Notes under the pieces: generated by a model
Told to the model about the DNA's origin: nothing
Database searches by the model: none
What the model saw: the letters and a program-made list of their open reading frames with translations, nothing else
Program-made: the position numbers and the translations under genes
Shown: in pieces, positions 52,842-61,498 of the stretch
Layout of the letters: the number at the start of each line of letters is the position of its first letter
How positions within the stretch are numbered: position 1 is the first letter of the stretch
Origin: Candidatus Omnitrophota bacterium
Lineage (GTDB): Bacteria; Omnitrophota; Omnitrophia; Omnitrophales; Aquincolibacteriaceae
NCBI GenBank assembly: GCA_903856085.1
Contig: CAIOAT010000020.1
Coordinates: 1 to 61,498 of the forward strand
DNA length: 61,498 bases
Reading direction: 5' to 3'

Positions 52842-55148
52842 TTACGGATACGAGTAAACACCCAGGAGCCCTTTCAAGAATGACGTCAGTTCAAGTCGGG
52901 AACCGTTTTTCCTGAAACTTAACGCACCGGTATGCTTCAGATCAAGATAGGAGACATGGCGGGAAACCAAATACGGAATAAGTTCCTGCTGCAGGTCCGG
53001 CAAAACAACAAGCAATGGCCGGACTCGATCGAGCCAATCTTGAAATTCGCCAGGGATTCCTTGCCCAGACTCCGGTAAAAATACCGCGTGGATCTCAATC
53101 ATCTCTCCAGGACACCGGAGAAGCTCCTTGAAAAGTTCAGGATCCCATCGCGAGATGAGAAGGATACGCCAAGGCCCCGACTCCATCAGAAAAGCAGCGC
53201 CTTTTTTTGACTGTGCAATCATCCGTATTTTCTCCTCCCCCATCGACACCTCGTCCCCCTGCTGAAAGGTTTTAGCCTTGCGACCGAGCTTTCGGATATT
53301 TTTATAAAATTCATCCGGTCCGCACAAGGATGCGACAGGATAGAGAAGATAACGAACCGGAAAATCCCGCAAGACAGCTACGAGACCTCCCGTGTGCTTC
53401 TTGGAAAGATCGGTAAAGAGCATCCCCTCCAGCCGTTGGATCCCCCGGTTCCTCAGATAGGGCGCGATCAACCACTCGCCCTGGTCCGATGGAAAATTCC
53501 TTCCGGCATTAAGTAACCAGTGAGCTTCGTTGGAGAAATGCGCGTGCACGATCTGGTTCCTGCCGCTCGCAAGCAGGGTGACCTCAAATCGTTTTCCTCC
53601 AGATCCAATAAAAAATACGGTTGAAAGACTTAGCCAACAACCGAGGAGACCCGTCATGAGAAAACGCTTTCCATGAAAAGCCCTCTTATGAAAAAACAAG
53701 ATCATCGCCATGCTCAGGTAATAAGCCGCCAGCAATCTGAGAGATGGCCGTTCCAGAAACCAGTACCCCCACCACCACGTGGAAAGATATTTGATCCAAA
53801 AAAGCCCGATCCCAAGGATCCAACTTGACACTCGAATCAAAAGGAGATTCGCAAACGGCACACCACTTACGATCAGCGCAAAAAGTGCACTGAAAAGCGC
53901 CGCATCGAAAAGCGGGATCGCGACAAGATTCGCAAGAATGCTAATGGGGGAGAAAATATTGAAGTGATAAAGAACGACGGGAAAGGTCCCAAAAAGCACC
54001 GCAAGACTTGAGCCCATAGACAAGGTCCATGCGCTGAAACGAGATAAAAGCGGCAGAACCAGTATAAGCGAGAAAACAGAGAGAAATGAAAGCTGGAATC
54101 CGATATTCCAAAGGCTCTTGGGATTCCACAGGAGAAGCACAAAGAAAGCAAAGCAGAGCGCGTTCAGAAGGTTCGCCGGCCGTCCGAGAAGGACTCCGCA
54201 CAGCACGAGCACAGATCCATACCCCGCGCGTTGAACCGGAATCCCAGCTCCCGCAAGCCCGACGTAAACAATCACGATCAGGATCGTCAAAAACGAGGTC
54301 TTACGATATCCGAGTCCCGAAAAAAGAAACATTAAGTAAAAAGTCCCTGCGATCATCGTGATATTCAGTCCACTGATCGCAAGCAAATGGATCGTCCCGG
54401 TCTTCATAAACTGGCTCCGGACTTCTGGCGCCACATCACTCCTCAGTCCAAGCACCAGAGCCTTCAGAATCGCGGCTTCTGACGCAACATAAAGTTTGTC
54501 GATCAACGCGGCCAGGCTCCGGCGAGTTACCGCTAAGATCCGCCCCGGGGAAAATCTCGATCCTACTTGGACGACACGAACACTTTTTTGTCCGATCGTC
54601 TGGAAAACAGCGCGGATATTCTGTTGGGCCAGAAAACTTCCGTAATCGAATTCTCCAGGATTCAAGACCTGCTTCGGAGCACTCAGCTCACCAAAAATCC
54701 GGAGTGTGTCTCCGACTTGAGGAAGAGAGAACGACTGTAACAGGCAAGTCTGTACATCCCCGCGCACTTTAAAAAATTTCCGGCGACCACCTTCTTCTTG
54801 GGTGAGCGACTGCGCGGAAAGAACGAAGGAAACCGTTTTCTTTTTTCCGCGCGATTTTATCTCCGGCAAAGAACTCACAATCCCCTTAAGCGTTACGCGC
54901 CCGGGGCCTGTAAAATTCTGGACCGCATTCGCGGGAACATAGGCGTCAAGACGCGCCCAAAGAATTCCTGAGCAGCCCACAAGCAGAACGAAAAACACCA
55001 GAAAGCACCTTCGCGCACGCAAAAACCACAGAAAAATGATCCCCGCGAAAAGTCCGCACACAAGCCAGAGGACGGGAAGATTACAATGCTTTTCCGTAGC
55101 GATCCCTAACGAAAACCCCATGGCGATCCAAAGAAAAGGAAATTTCAT
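52842..55148 (-). CDS. comEC: DNA internalisation competence protein ComEC/Rec2
   Basis: The 768-aa protein has an N-terminal DUF4131-like region, a polytopic competence domain (TGTIHLLAISGLNI) and a C-terminal metallo-beta-lactamase-like region. Confidence 0.9.
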   Translation of the reverse strand: MKFPFLWIAMGFSLGIATEKHCNLPVLWLVCGLFAGIIFLWFLRARRCFLVFFVLLVGCSGILWARLDAYVPANAVQNFTGPGRVTLKGIVSSLPEIKSRGKKKTVSFVLSAQSLTQEEGGRRKFFKVRGDVQTCLLQSFSLPQVGDTLRIFGELSAPKQVLNPGEFDYGSFLAQQNIRAVFQTIGQKSVRVVQVGSRFSPGRILAVTRRSLAALIDKLYVASEAAILKALVLGLRSDVAPEVRSQFMKTGTIHLLAISGLNITMIAGTFYLMFLFSGLGYRKTSFLTILIVIVYVGLAGAGIPVQRAGYGSVLVLCGVLLGRPANLLNALCFAFFVLLLWNPKSLWNIGFQLSFLSVFSLILVLPLLSRFSAWTLSMGSSLAVLFGTFPVVLYHFNIFSPISILANLVAIPLFDAALFSALFALIVSGVPFANLLLIRVSSWILGIGLFWIKYLSTWWWGYWFLERPSLRLLAAYYLSMAMILFFHKRAFHGKRFLMTGLLGCWLSLSTVFFIGSGGKRFEVTLLASGRNQIVHAHFSNEAHWLLNAGRNFPSDQGEWLIAPYLRNRGIQRLEGMLFTDLSKKHTGGLVAVLRDFPVRYLLYPVASLCGPDEFYKNIRKLGRKAKTFQQGDEVSMGEEKIRMIAQSKKGAAFLMESGPWRILLISRWDPELFKELLRCPGEMIEIHAVFLPESGQGIPGEFQDWLDRVRPLLVVLPDLQQELIPYLVSRHVSYLDLKHTGALSFRKNGSRLELTSFLKGLLGVYSYP

Positions 55149-55407
55149 AATATTTATTATACATTATTATATTAATTATTACACATATTATAAATCCGGG
55201 AATTTCTCTCGCGGAATGCGCAGAACGGATGGGTCGGCTCCAAGAAAAGATTTGTGGAAAGGCGTATGGTATCCGCCCGGCTATAGACGACCGGACCTCT
55301 ACTGCGTCCAATACCGGTAAGCGATAAAAAGGGCGAAGGCTAAAAGAAACGCGATCAGGAGGGTATATTGAAATCGCTGAGATGAAAACATGTGGATCTT
55401 GATTCCG

Positions 55408-55914
55408 TTAAAGCGTGAGCTTAATCTCTTTACCCTGAACATCCAGCCGGACTTCTCCGCTACCGATCGCTCGAACAACAGCCTTCCCGTCAAGGGCATC
55501 CCCCACGCCTACAAGGCGTCCGTTGATCACGGCAATGGCCTTGCCGCTAAGATCGGTAATACCCGTAAGCCGGTAGATATTTCCCGAGTAGATCCTGACC
55601 GGCATTTGAGGCGCCGTCGGGACTATGGCCTTCACGGGTTCAGACTTCCCGGACGAGGACTTCACGCCCAAAGGAATTTGCCGTATCCCCATATAAGAAA
55701 GTCCGGCAATAAATCCTACAAGCAGCACTCCCAATGCGACCTTCCAGTAGAAACTCCGGCGACGGGCATATTTCTGCTGGATCTGGCTGAGTTCCCGCTC
55801 AAGAGCAGCGCCCATGGGGTCACGGTCACACGTCTTCGGAAGAGAAACGGAATTCGCAGTCCTCGTTTCTTGCACGCGGCTTGTTTTATCCAAAGCTTGT
55901 TGGATCAGGCTCAT
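55408..55914 (-). CDS. GspB/ExeB-like single-pass membrane protein
   Basis: It has one TM helix (YWKVALGVLLVGFIAGLSY) and a C-terminal segment (AVINGRLVGVGDALDGKAVVRAIGSGEVRL) typical of T2SS protein B. The ATG at 55914 overlaps the stop of the upstream ATPase gene (ATGA). Confidence 0.55.
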   Translation of the reverse strand: MSLIQQALDKTSRVQETRTANSVSLPKTCDRDPMGAALERELSQIQQKYARRRSFYWKVALGVLLVGFIAGLSYMGIRQIPLGVKSSSGKSEPVKAIVPTAPQMPVRIYSGNIYRLTGITDLSGKAIAVINGRLVGVGDALDGKAVVRAIGSGEVRLDVQGKEIKLTL

Positions 55915-56720
55915 ACGCTTACTCCTTGGAGATCGGCTTCGGCGCATTCCACCAGCACCGGATCGATCACGAAAGTACTTTTGGCATAAGCGGCGAGCAG
56001 GGCCCGGTCCGCCAGCACGTTAATAACCCTCGGAATCCCCGAGGAAAGTTCATAAATGCGTCGCATGGCTTCCAGTGAGAAAAAATTTTCACGCGCGCCG
56101 GCCACGCTCAAGCGATGCGCGATGTAATACCCGACTTCTTCCAAGCTAAGTTCCGGTAAATGACACCGCACGGTGATGCGTTGGCGAAGCTGCTTGAGGT
56201 CGGGACGTTTTAAAAGGTCTTTCAGCTCCGGCTGTCCCATCAAAATGATCTGCAAAAGTTTTTGCGTCGTGGTCTCGAGATTCGACAAAAGACGGATCTG
56301 TTCCAAAGCCCGCGGCGGCAGAAGCTGCGCCTCATCAATGATCACGACGGCGTTGAACCCCTTGGCGCTCTCCTCGAGAAGAAAACGATTCAGACAATCA
56401 AAATATTCCTTACGCCGTCTCGCTTTCGGCTTCAATCCAAAATCCTCGACGATCCCTTGAAGAAGTTCCAGCTCGGAAAGTTTGGGGTTAAAAACAAGCG
56501 AACTATGAACATTTTCTCCCAACTGCTGGAGGAACATGCGCGAAAGTGTGGTCTTCCCCGCTCCGATCTCGCCGGTGATCTGGATGAAACCCGATCGCCG
56601 GTCTACCCCGTAGCGCATCGCCGACAAAGCCGCCTGATGATGTTTGCTCAGGTAGACAAAACGCGGGTCCGGCGTGACATTAAACGGAGATTCGTTCAAT
56701 CCAAAAAATGTTTCGTACAT
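55911..56720 (-). CDS. ExeA/GspA-like AAA ATPase
   Basis: Motifs present are MYETFFGLNESPF and Walker A ITGEIGAGKTTL. GGGAGGA lies 7 nt upstream of the ATG at 56720. Confidence 0.85.
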   Translation of the reverse strand: MYETFFGLNESPFNVTPDPRFVYLSKHHQAALSAMRYGVDRRSGFIQITGEIGAGKTTLSRMFLQQLGENVHSSLVFNPKLSELELLQGIVEDFGLKPKARRRKEYFDCLNRFLLEESAKGFNAVVIIDEAQLLPPRALEQIRLLSNLETTTQKLLQIILMGQPELKDLLKRPDLKQLRQRITVRCHLPELSLEEVGYYIAHRLSVAGARENFFSLEAMRRIYELSSGIPRVINVLADRALLAAYAKSTFVIDPVLVECAEADLQGVSV

Positions 56721-56797
56721 GATCATTCCTCCCAGTGAATCGCGGGACACTCCCGATCAAGCAACAGCAACCGAGGAACGCTGCTCCCAAAAACCCC

Positions 56798-58843
56798 TTA
56801 ACCGCGGGAGAACACGAACTCCAAAACCCGACCGTCTTTACGCGCAACGGGAATATTAAGCGGATGCCGGCCCTCTTTCGAATAAACCGTCTTTTTCCCG
56901 TTCATCAGATCGCGAACGGTCATCTTTCCCTTGATCTTGGCAAGCGCCGGAAGATAAATCGCCGCGCTCTTATCTTCATTACCATTATTGACCAGCACCA
57001 GAAAATAACGCCGTCCACGGCTAAAAAGCGCGGTCTTCACATCCTTCGTCTGTGAATAGCAAACAAGGGGCACCTTGAGATGGTTCAAAACTCCCAGCAC
57101 CAGCTCCGGGACCGGCTCCATGCCCAGATGGATGATCTTGCCTTTGCCAACCTTTTTGATATACCCGACTGTTTGCTTTCCGTAAGTCCCGAGATCCGCT
57201 TGGATCTTTTCGCATCCTGCAGCTTTAAAAATATAGACCGAACTATTGACGGCGATCGGCATCTCACCCTTGCTAAGCGTAAGAGTGAATTGCCTTTTAA
57301 ACTCGAAAAGTGTACGCTCGGGCTCCTCAAATCCCACCACTTGATACGGCTTGAAGTCGTCATCCTTACGCGGGAACGAACGAAACGCCACAAGCGTCCC
57401 TCCCTCCTCCACATAGCGGAGGAGATTCTGATGCGCGACTTTCTCAAGCCACTGATTCCCGGAATAAAAAAGGATTTTCTTAGACGGAATTTTGCGCCGG
57501 GGATCGCACATATCATAATCCACATCGCCCTGATAAAGCGCCACAAGGATGGGGCTATTATGCGTCAGCGTTCGAGCCGCATACTGGAGCGGATTGAAGG
57601 TGACACCGATCTCCGTGAGCTTGGTAAGCGAAGTTGGCTTGAGCTGTTTAAAAGCGGCAACGATCTGCTTAAAAACATCGTACAATTCGCCGCGCACTCG
57701 CCCCCACTCATTGATCGGGGACATATACCAATTGTCGCGATTGACAAGCATGTACCAATTCCATCCCTTGATCCCGGCCAGAAACGCGGAAAGGCAGATC
57801 ATCCGGTAGTGATTGGGCGTAAGCACGCTCGTTTCATAATGACGTCCATGCCAAATTCCGGACTGAAATTCTGCAATGAACGGAAGCTTGGAAACGCTCG
57901 AAAGGTAACGGATCTTGTCGCAAAGCTTGCGATGCTCAAACTCGTCTTCTTTGAGTTCATTGGAGGGATAAAGATCGAGCCCGACCAGATCGGAGGCCTC
58001 TTGAAAAGAGGCCCAATCATGCGCGTAAAAGAACGGATAGGTATTCAAATAGATCGGAATGTCGACGCCGAGATCGCGATACATCTGGATGCTTCCCTTC
58101 GCGACCTCCTGGGAATACCAGTACTTGAACTTGAAGTAATCGAGATGCCGCTTGAGCTCCTTGTCGCCTTTGAGCGGAAGTCCCGGTTCGCCGGGCAACA
58201 TGGTCGCAATGAAGGGTGACGCTTCACGAAAGGACGCGTAATTCGTGCCCCAGCACTCGTTCAGAGCCGGAAGATCTTCCTTGTAAAGATTGCGCATAAA
58301 ATCCTGAAAAAGCCCCGGCTTTTTCGAAAGCCCATACTGATGTCCAAACACATCCGGCCACGGATCGATTTCATTATCCGCCTGAAGCATCAGGATATGA
58401 CCGTTCTTTCGCGATGCAAGATAGGGCATGAAGACCTTGCTTACTTGTTTCAAATATTCTTTGGCGTAGGACAAAAACTGGGGATGCAGACGATGATATT
58501 TGTAAGCGTAGCTGGGAACACCATCATGAGGCCATTCGCTGTAAATATACGGCCCCGGGCGGATGATGAGCCAGAAACCTTCTTTGCGGGTCAGCTCAAG
58601 AAAAGCCTTAAGGTTGCGTGCAGCGTCGGTCTTTCCGGTAAAATCAAAGTGCCCGCGTTTGTATTCGTGAAAATCCCAGGGGACATACGTCGAAATGATC
58701 TTAAGGCCCATTTCCTGGGTGCGCTTGAGGGCTTCGCGCCAAGCGTGAGGATTGAGGCGCCAGTAATGAATTTCTCCGGAAATAAGCGGGACTTCTTTTT
58801 TCCCGACAAAGATCTTTTGATTCCTGATCTCGACTTTAGGCAT
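56798..58843 (-). CDS. Glycoside hydrolase family 35-like beta-galactosidase
   Basis: GEIHYWRL..W...L.....[21 protein letters not shown]...L..F......[22 protein letters not shown] matches the GH35 N-terminal signature. The start overlaps the end of leuS by 8 nt. Confidence 0.8.
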   Translation of the reverse strand: MPKVEIRNQKIFVGKKEVPLISGEIHYWRLNPHAWREALKRTQEMGLKIISTYVPWDFHEYKRGHFDFTGKTDAARNLKAFLELTRKEGFWLIIRPGPYIYSEWPHDGVPSYAYKYHRLHPQFLSYAKEYLKQVSKVFMPYLASRKNGHILMLQADNEIDPWPDVFGHQYGLSKKPGLFQDFMRNLYKEDLPALNECWGTNYASFREASPFIATMLPGEPGLPLKGDKELKRHLDYFKFKYWYSQEVAKGSIQMYRDLGVDIPIYLNTYPFFYAHDWASFQEASDLVGLDLYPSNELKEDEFEHRKLCDKIRYLSSVSKLPFIAEFQSGIWHGRHYETSVLTPNHYRMICLSAFLAGIKGWNWYMLVNRDNWYMSPINEWGRVRGELYDVFKQIVAAFKQLKPTSLTKLTEIGVTFNPLQYAARTLTHNSPILVALYQGDVDYDMCDPRRKIPSKKILFYSGNQWLEKVAHQNLLRYVEEGGTLVAFRSFPRKDDDFKPYQVVGFEEPERTLFEFKRQFTLTLSKGEMPIAVNSSVYIFKAAGCEKIQADLGTYGKQTVGYIKKVGKGKIIHLGMEPVPELVLGVLNHLKVPLVCYSQTKDVKTALFSRGRRYFLVLVNNGNEDKSAAIYLPALAKIKGKMTVRDLMNGKKTVYSKEGRHPLNIPVARKDGRVLEFVFSRG

Positions 58844-61295
58844 CCGCCACCACTAGGTTGATCGTGCGCCCCGGAACAATGATGACCTTCTTGAGGACTT
58901 TCCCCATGAGCATTTCTTTCACCCGCGGATGGTCAAGGGCCAGTTGTTTTACTGCTTCTTCACTCTGATTACGAGAAACGACCATTTTCGCGCGTACTTT
59001 ACCGCCCACCAGAATGGCCATCTCGCTCTGATCTTCGATAAGGTAACGTTCATCATACTCGGGCCATTTTTCGTAAGCAAGCGTCTTTCCATGACCCGAC
59101 CGCTGCCACAATTCTTCAGCCACATGGGGCGCAAGGGGCGCTAAAAGAAGCAGGAATTTCTCAAGCACTTCCCTCGATTGATCTTGTTCCTGCGTTATTT
59201 CGTTCATAAAGATCATCAAGGCCGAGATCGCGGTATTGAAGCGCAATCCTTCAAAATCTTCCGTTACTTTCTTAATCGTCTTGTGAAGCGTCTTCAACTC
59301 GGTAGCGTTGGGCGCACGCTCAACGATATTCGCCTGGAGTCTGTTGTCTTTATCGATAAAAAGCCGCCACACCTTCCCGAGAAACCGGTAAACGCCTTCC
59401 ACTCCTGAATTCGCCCAGGGCTTCGTCATCTCCAACGGTCCCATGAACATTTCGTACAACCGGAGACTGTCGGCACCATACTGCGCGATCATATCGTCGG
59501 GATTCACCACATTACCGCGCGATTTGGACATTTTCTGGCTGTCCTCGCCGAGGATCATGCCCTGGTTCGTTAATTTTTGAAACGGTTCAAGCGTGGAAAC
59601 AACACCGATATCATAAAGCACTTTGTGCCAGAACCGTGAATAAAGCAAATGAAGCACTGCATGTTCCGCGCCGCCGACATAAAGATCCACATTCATCCAG
59701 TACTTTTCTTTTTGGGGATCTATCGGAGCTTTCATGTTCTTCGGATCGAGATAGCGGAGATAATACCAGCACGAACCCGCCCACTGCGGCATGGTATTCG
59801 TTTCGCGGAGAGCCGGACCGCCGCACTTCGCGCACGAACATTTCAACCAATCCGTTGCCTTGGCAAGCGGCGGCTCCGCATTTCCGGTCGGCGAATAATC
59901 TTTCATTTCCGGAAGCCTGAGCGGCAATTCGCTTTCAGAAATAAGCACGGGACCGCATTTCGAGCAATGCACAACCGGGATCGGCTCGCCCCAATAACGT
60001 TGACGACTGAAGAGCCAGTCTCGAAGTTTGTACTGAACCGCTTCTTTGCCGATCTTTTTTTCCTCAAGCCAGTGCGTGATCTTTTTCTTCGCTTCCGACG
60101 TGGAGAGCCCCGTGATAAGCCCTGAGTTCACGCTGATGCCGTCCCCCACAAATCCTAGTGATTCCTTCCCTTCCGGCGCCTGCACCACAATTTCAACCGC
60201 GAGTCCGTAGACTTTGGCAAATTCAAGGTCGCGAGTGTCATGCCCCGGCACGGCCATGATCGCGCCAGTCCCATAACCCATCAGCACATAATCCGCAATC
60301 CACACAGGAATTTTTTTATCATTCACCGGATTGATCGCGTAGGCACCGGTAAAAACGCCGGTCTTTTCTTTGGCGAGATCAGTGCGATCAAGATCGGATT
60401 TGTGCGTCGCGGTGGCCACATAATCCTCCACAGCCTTCTTTTGAGCTGACGTCGTGATCTTGGCCACTATCGAATGTTCAGGTGCTAAAACCATGTAGGT
60501 CGCTCCAAAAAGCGTGTCTGGCCGCGTGGTAAAAACGCGGATAACATCCGAGCTGTTTTCAAGCTTGAAGTCGACTTCCGCGCCCGTAGACTTCCCGATC
60601 CAATTACGCTGCATCTCCTTGATCGGTTCCGACCAATCCAAAATCTCAAGATCCTTCAAAAGCCGTTCGGCGTATGCCGTGATCTTCAGGATCCATTGCC
60701 TGAGCGGCCGGCGATAAACGCCTGAATGCCCTTTTCGTTCGCACGTTCCGTTCGCATCCACTTCCTCGTTCGCAAGAACCGCCTTGCAGCCATCGCACCA
60801 CCACACCGGGATCTCGGCTTCGTAGGCCAGACCTTTTTCAAAAAGCTTCATAAAAATCCACTGGGTCCACCGGTAGTAATTCGGGTCCGTGGTATCGACT
60901 TCGCGGTCCCAGTCATAACTGAAACCAACCTGGCGGATCTGGCGTTTGAAAGTCTGGATATTCCTTTGGGTGGTCTCGCGAGGATGCGTCCCGGTCTCGA
61001 TGGCATATTGCTCAGCCGGAAGTCCAAAAGCATCCCAACCCATCGGATGCAGGACATTGAATCCGCGCATCCGTTTGTAGCGGCTGACGATATCGGTCGC
61101 GGTATACCCTTCTAAATGTCCCACATGAAGGCCGGAACCCGAAGGATAAGGAAACATGTCGAGGACGTAATACTTGGGCTTTTCGCCGCCGGATTCTCCG
61201 GGGTCGGGAGCGCGGAAAGTCTGATGGTCAGCCCAGTAGGTCTGCCATTTTTTTTCTATTTCATCGAAAGGATATGCTTTAAAACCGCTGGCCAT
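58836..61295 (-). CDS. leuS: Leucyl-tRNA synthetase
   Basis: The 819-aa protein carries [16 protein letters not shown] (HIGH) and KMSKSRGN (KMSKS) and has the typical LeuRS layout. Confidence 0.95.
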   Translation of the reverse strand: MASGFKAYPFDEIEKKWQTYWADHQTFRAPDPGESGGEKPKYYVLDMFPYPSGSGLHVGHLEGYTATDIVSRYKRMRGFNVLHPMGWDAFGLPAEQYAIETGTHPRETTQRNIQTFKRQIRQVGFSYDWDREVDTTDPNYYRWTQWIFMKLFEKGLAYEAEIPVWWCDGCKAVLANEEVDANGTCERKGHSGVYRRPLRQWILKITAYAERLLKDLEILDWSEPIKEMQRNWIGKSTGAEVDFKLENSSDVIRVFTTRPDTLFGATYMVLAPEHSIVAKITTSAQKKAVEDYVATATHKSDLDRTDLAKEKTGVFTGAYAINPVNDKKIPVWIADYVLMGYGTGAIMAVPGHDTRDLEFAKVYGLAVEIVVQAPEGKESLGFVGDGISVNSGLITGLSTSEAKKKITHWLEEKKIGKEAVQYKLRDWLFSRQRYWGEPIPVVHCSKCGPVLISESELPLRLPEMKDYSPTGNAEPPLAKATDWLKCSCAKCGGPALRETNTMPQWAGSCWYYLRYLDPKNMKAPIDPQKEKYWMNVDLYVGGAEHAVLHLLYSRFWHKVLYDIGVVSTLEPFQKLTNQGMILGEDSQKMSKSRGNVVNPDDMIAQYGADSLRLYEMFMGPLEMTKPWANSGVEGVYRFLGKVWRLFIDKDNRLQANIVERAPNATELKTLHKTIKKVTEDFEGLRFNTAISALMIFMNEITQEQDQSREVLEKFLLLLAPLAPHVAEELWQRSGHGKTLAYEKWPEYDERYLIEDQSEMAILVGGKVRAKMVVSRNQSEEAVKQLALDHPRVKEMLMGKVLKKVIIVPGRTINLVVADA

Positions 61296-61326
61296 GAGTG
61301 GGCTATCCCCTGGAAGTGAGAAATCA

Positions 61327-61410
61327 TGCGGAGAGAGAGAGTCGAACTCTCATGGTATTGCTACCGCTGGATTTTGAGTCCAGTGCGTCTGCCAGTTCCG
61401 CCATCCCCGC
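61327..61410 (-). tRNA. tRNA-Leu, anticodon CAA (class II, long variable arm)
   Basis: The minus-strand sequence is GCGGGGATGGCGGAACTGGCAGACGCACTGGACTCAAAATCCAGCGGTAGCAATACCATGAGAGTTCGACTCTCTCTCTCCGCA. It has a 7-bp acceptor stem (one G:U), the anticodon loop CTCAAAA and a GTTCGACTC T-loop. No CCA is encoded. Confidence 0.9.
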
Positions 61411-61498
61411 AAAAACTCTAACTTAATTAGGCAAAAGAGCTTACAGCTTTTTCGACTTCAGCGTCACTTTTTGAAATGGGCGCTCATGCCCCATGGGA

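Noticed and set aside
55299-55499. A 66-aa ORF (or a 30-aa version starting at 55391: MFSSQRFQYTLLIAFLLAFALFIAYRYWTQ).
   Set aside because: The long version overlaps the gspB-like gene. The short version is a plausible single-TM micropeptide, but I have no conservation or RBS evidence, so I did not list it as a feature.
57080-58219. A 379-aa plus-strand ORF.
   Set aside because: It is antisense to the GH35-like gene. It has no RBS, no recognisable motif and a biased composition. The minus-strand frame has the clear family signature.
1-61410. The idea that the serine recombinase (left edge) and tRNA-Leu (right edge) delimit one 61-kb integrated element.
   Set aside because: The intervening 45 kb is dominated by core housekeeping genes (metH, pckG, uvrC, murJ, rpsT, holA, lptE, leuS). 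Large serine recombinases do not typically target tRNA genes, and I saw no matching direct repeats.

Overview
This 61.5-kb bacterial window is coded almost entirely on the minus strand and falls into three parts. (1) Positions 1 to about 9,200, possibly extending to about 16,150, look like an accessory, mobile-element-like island. It holds a large serine recombinase truncated by the left window edge, a small Cys-rich protein, and about 2.1 kb of non-coding DNA. That non-coding DNA contains a 233-bp tandem repeat array (about 4.4 copies, each with a sigma70-like promoter) and strong inverted repeats. The island also holds a replication-relaxation-like wHTH protein, a sigma-r4-like HTH protein and a duplicated small-ORF + XRE-HTH module. 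Next to it lies a two-component cluster carrying four receiver domains, a frameshifted 7TM-GAF histidine kinase and an unusual receiver::HMG-CoA-reductase fusion. (2) The core block encodes a beta-carbonic-anhydrase-like protein, an alpha-oxoamine synthase, an SDR, pckG and metH. It is followed by one uninterrupted 19.8-kb ORF (24363..44198, about 6,600 aa). This giant protein is threaded through the membrane several times and mixes unrelated domain-like modules. It is punctuated 17 times by an R-[S/A]-[E/D]-x-R pentapeptide. This ORF is the most unusual object in the window. (3) The right-hand housekeeping block encodes uvrC, murJ, rpsT, holA, lptE, a BamD-like TPR protein with a long coiled coil, comEC, an ExeA/GspB-like pair, a GH35-like glycosidase, leuS and tRNA-Leu(CAA). 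The presence of LptE, BamD and MurJ implies a diderm. The giant gene is reminiscent of uncultivated lineages such as Omnitrophota, but I cannot verify taxonomy from the sequence. All family assignments come from motif recognition by eye on the translated ORFs, and no searches were run.
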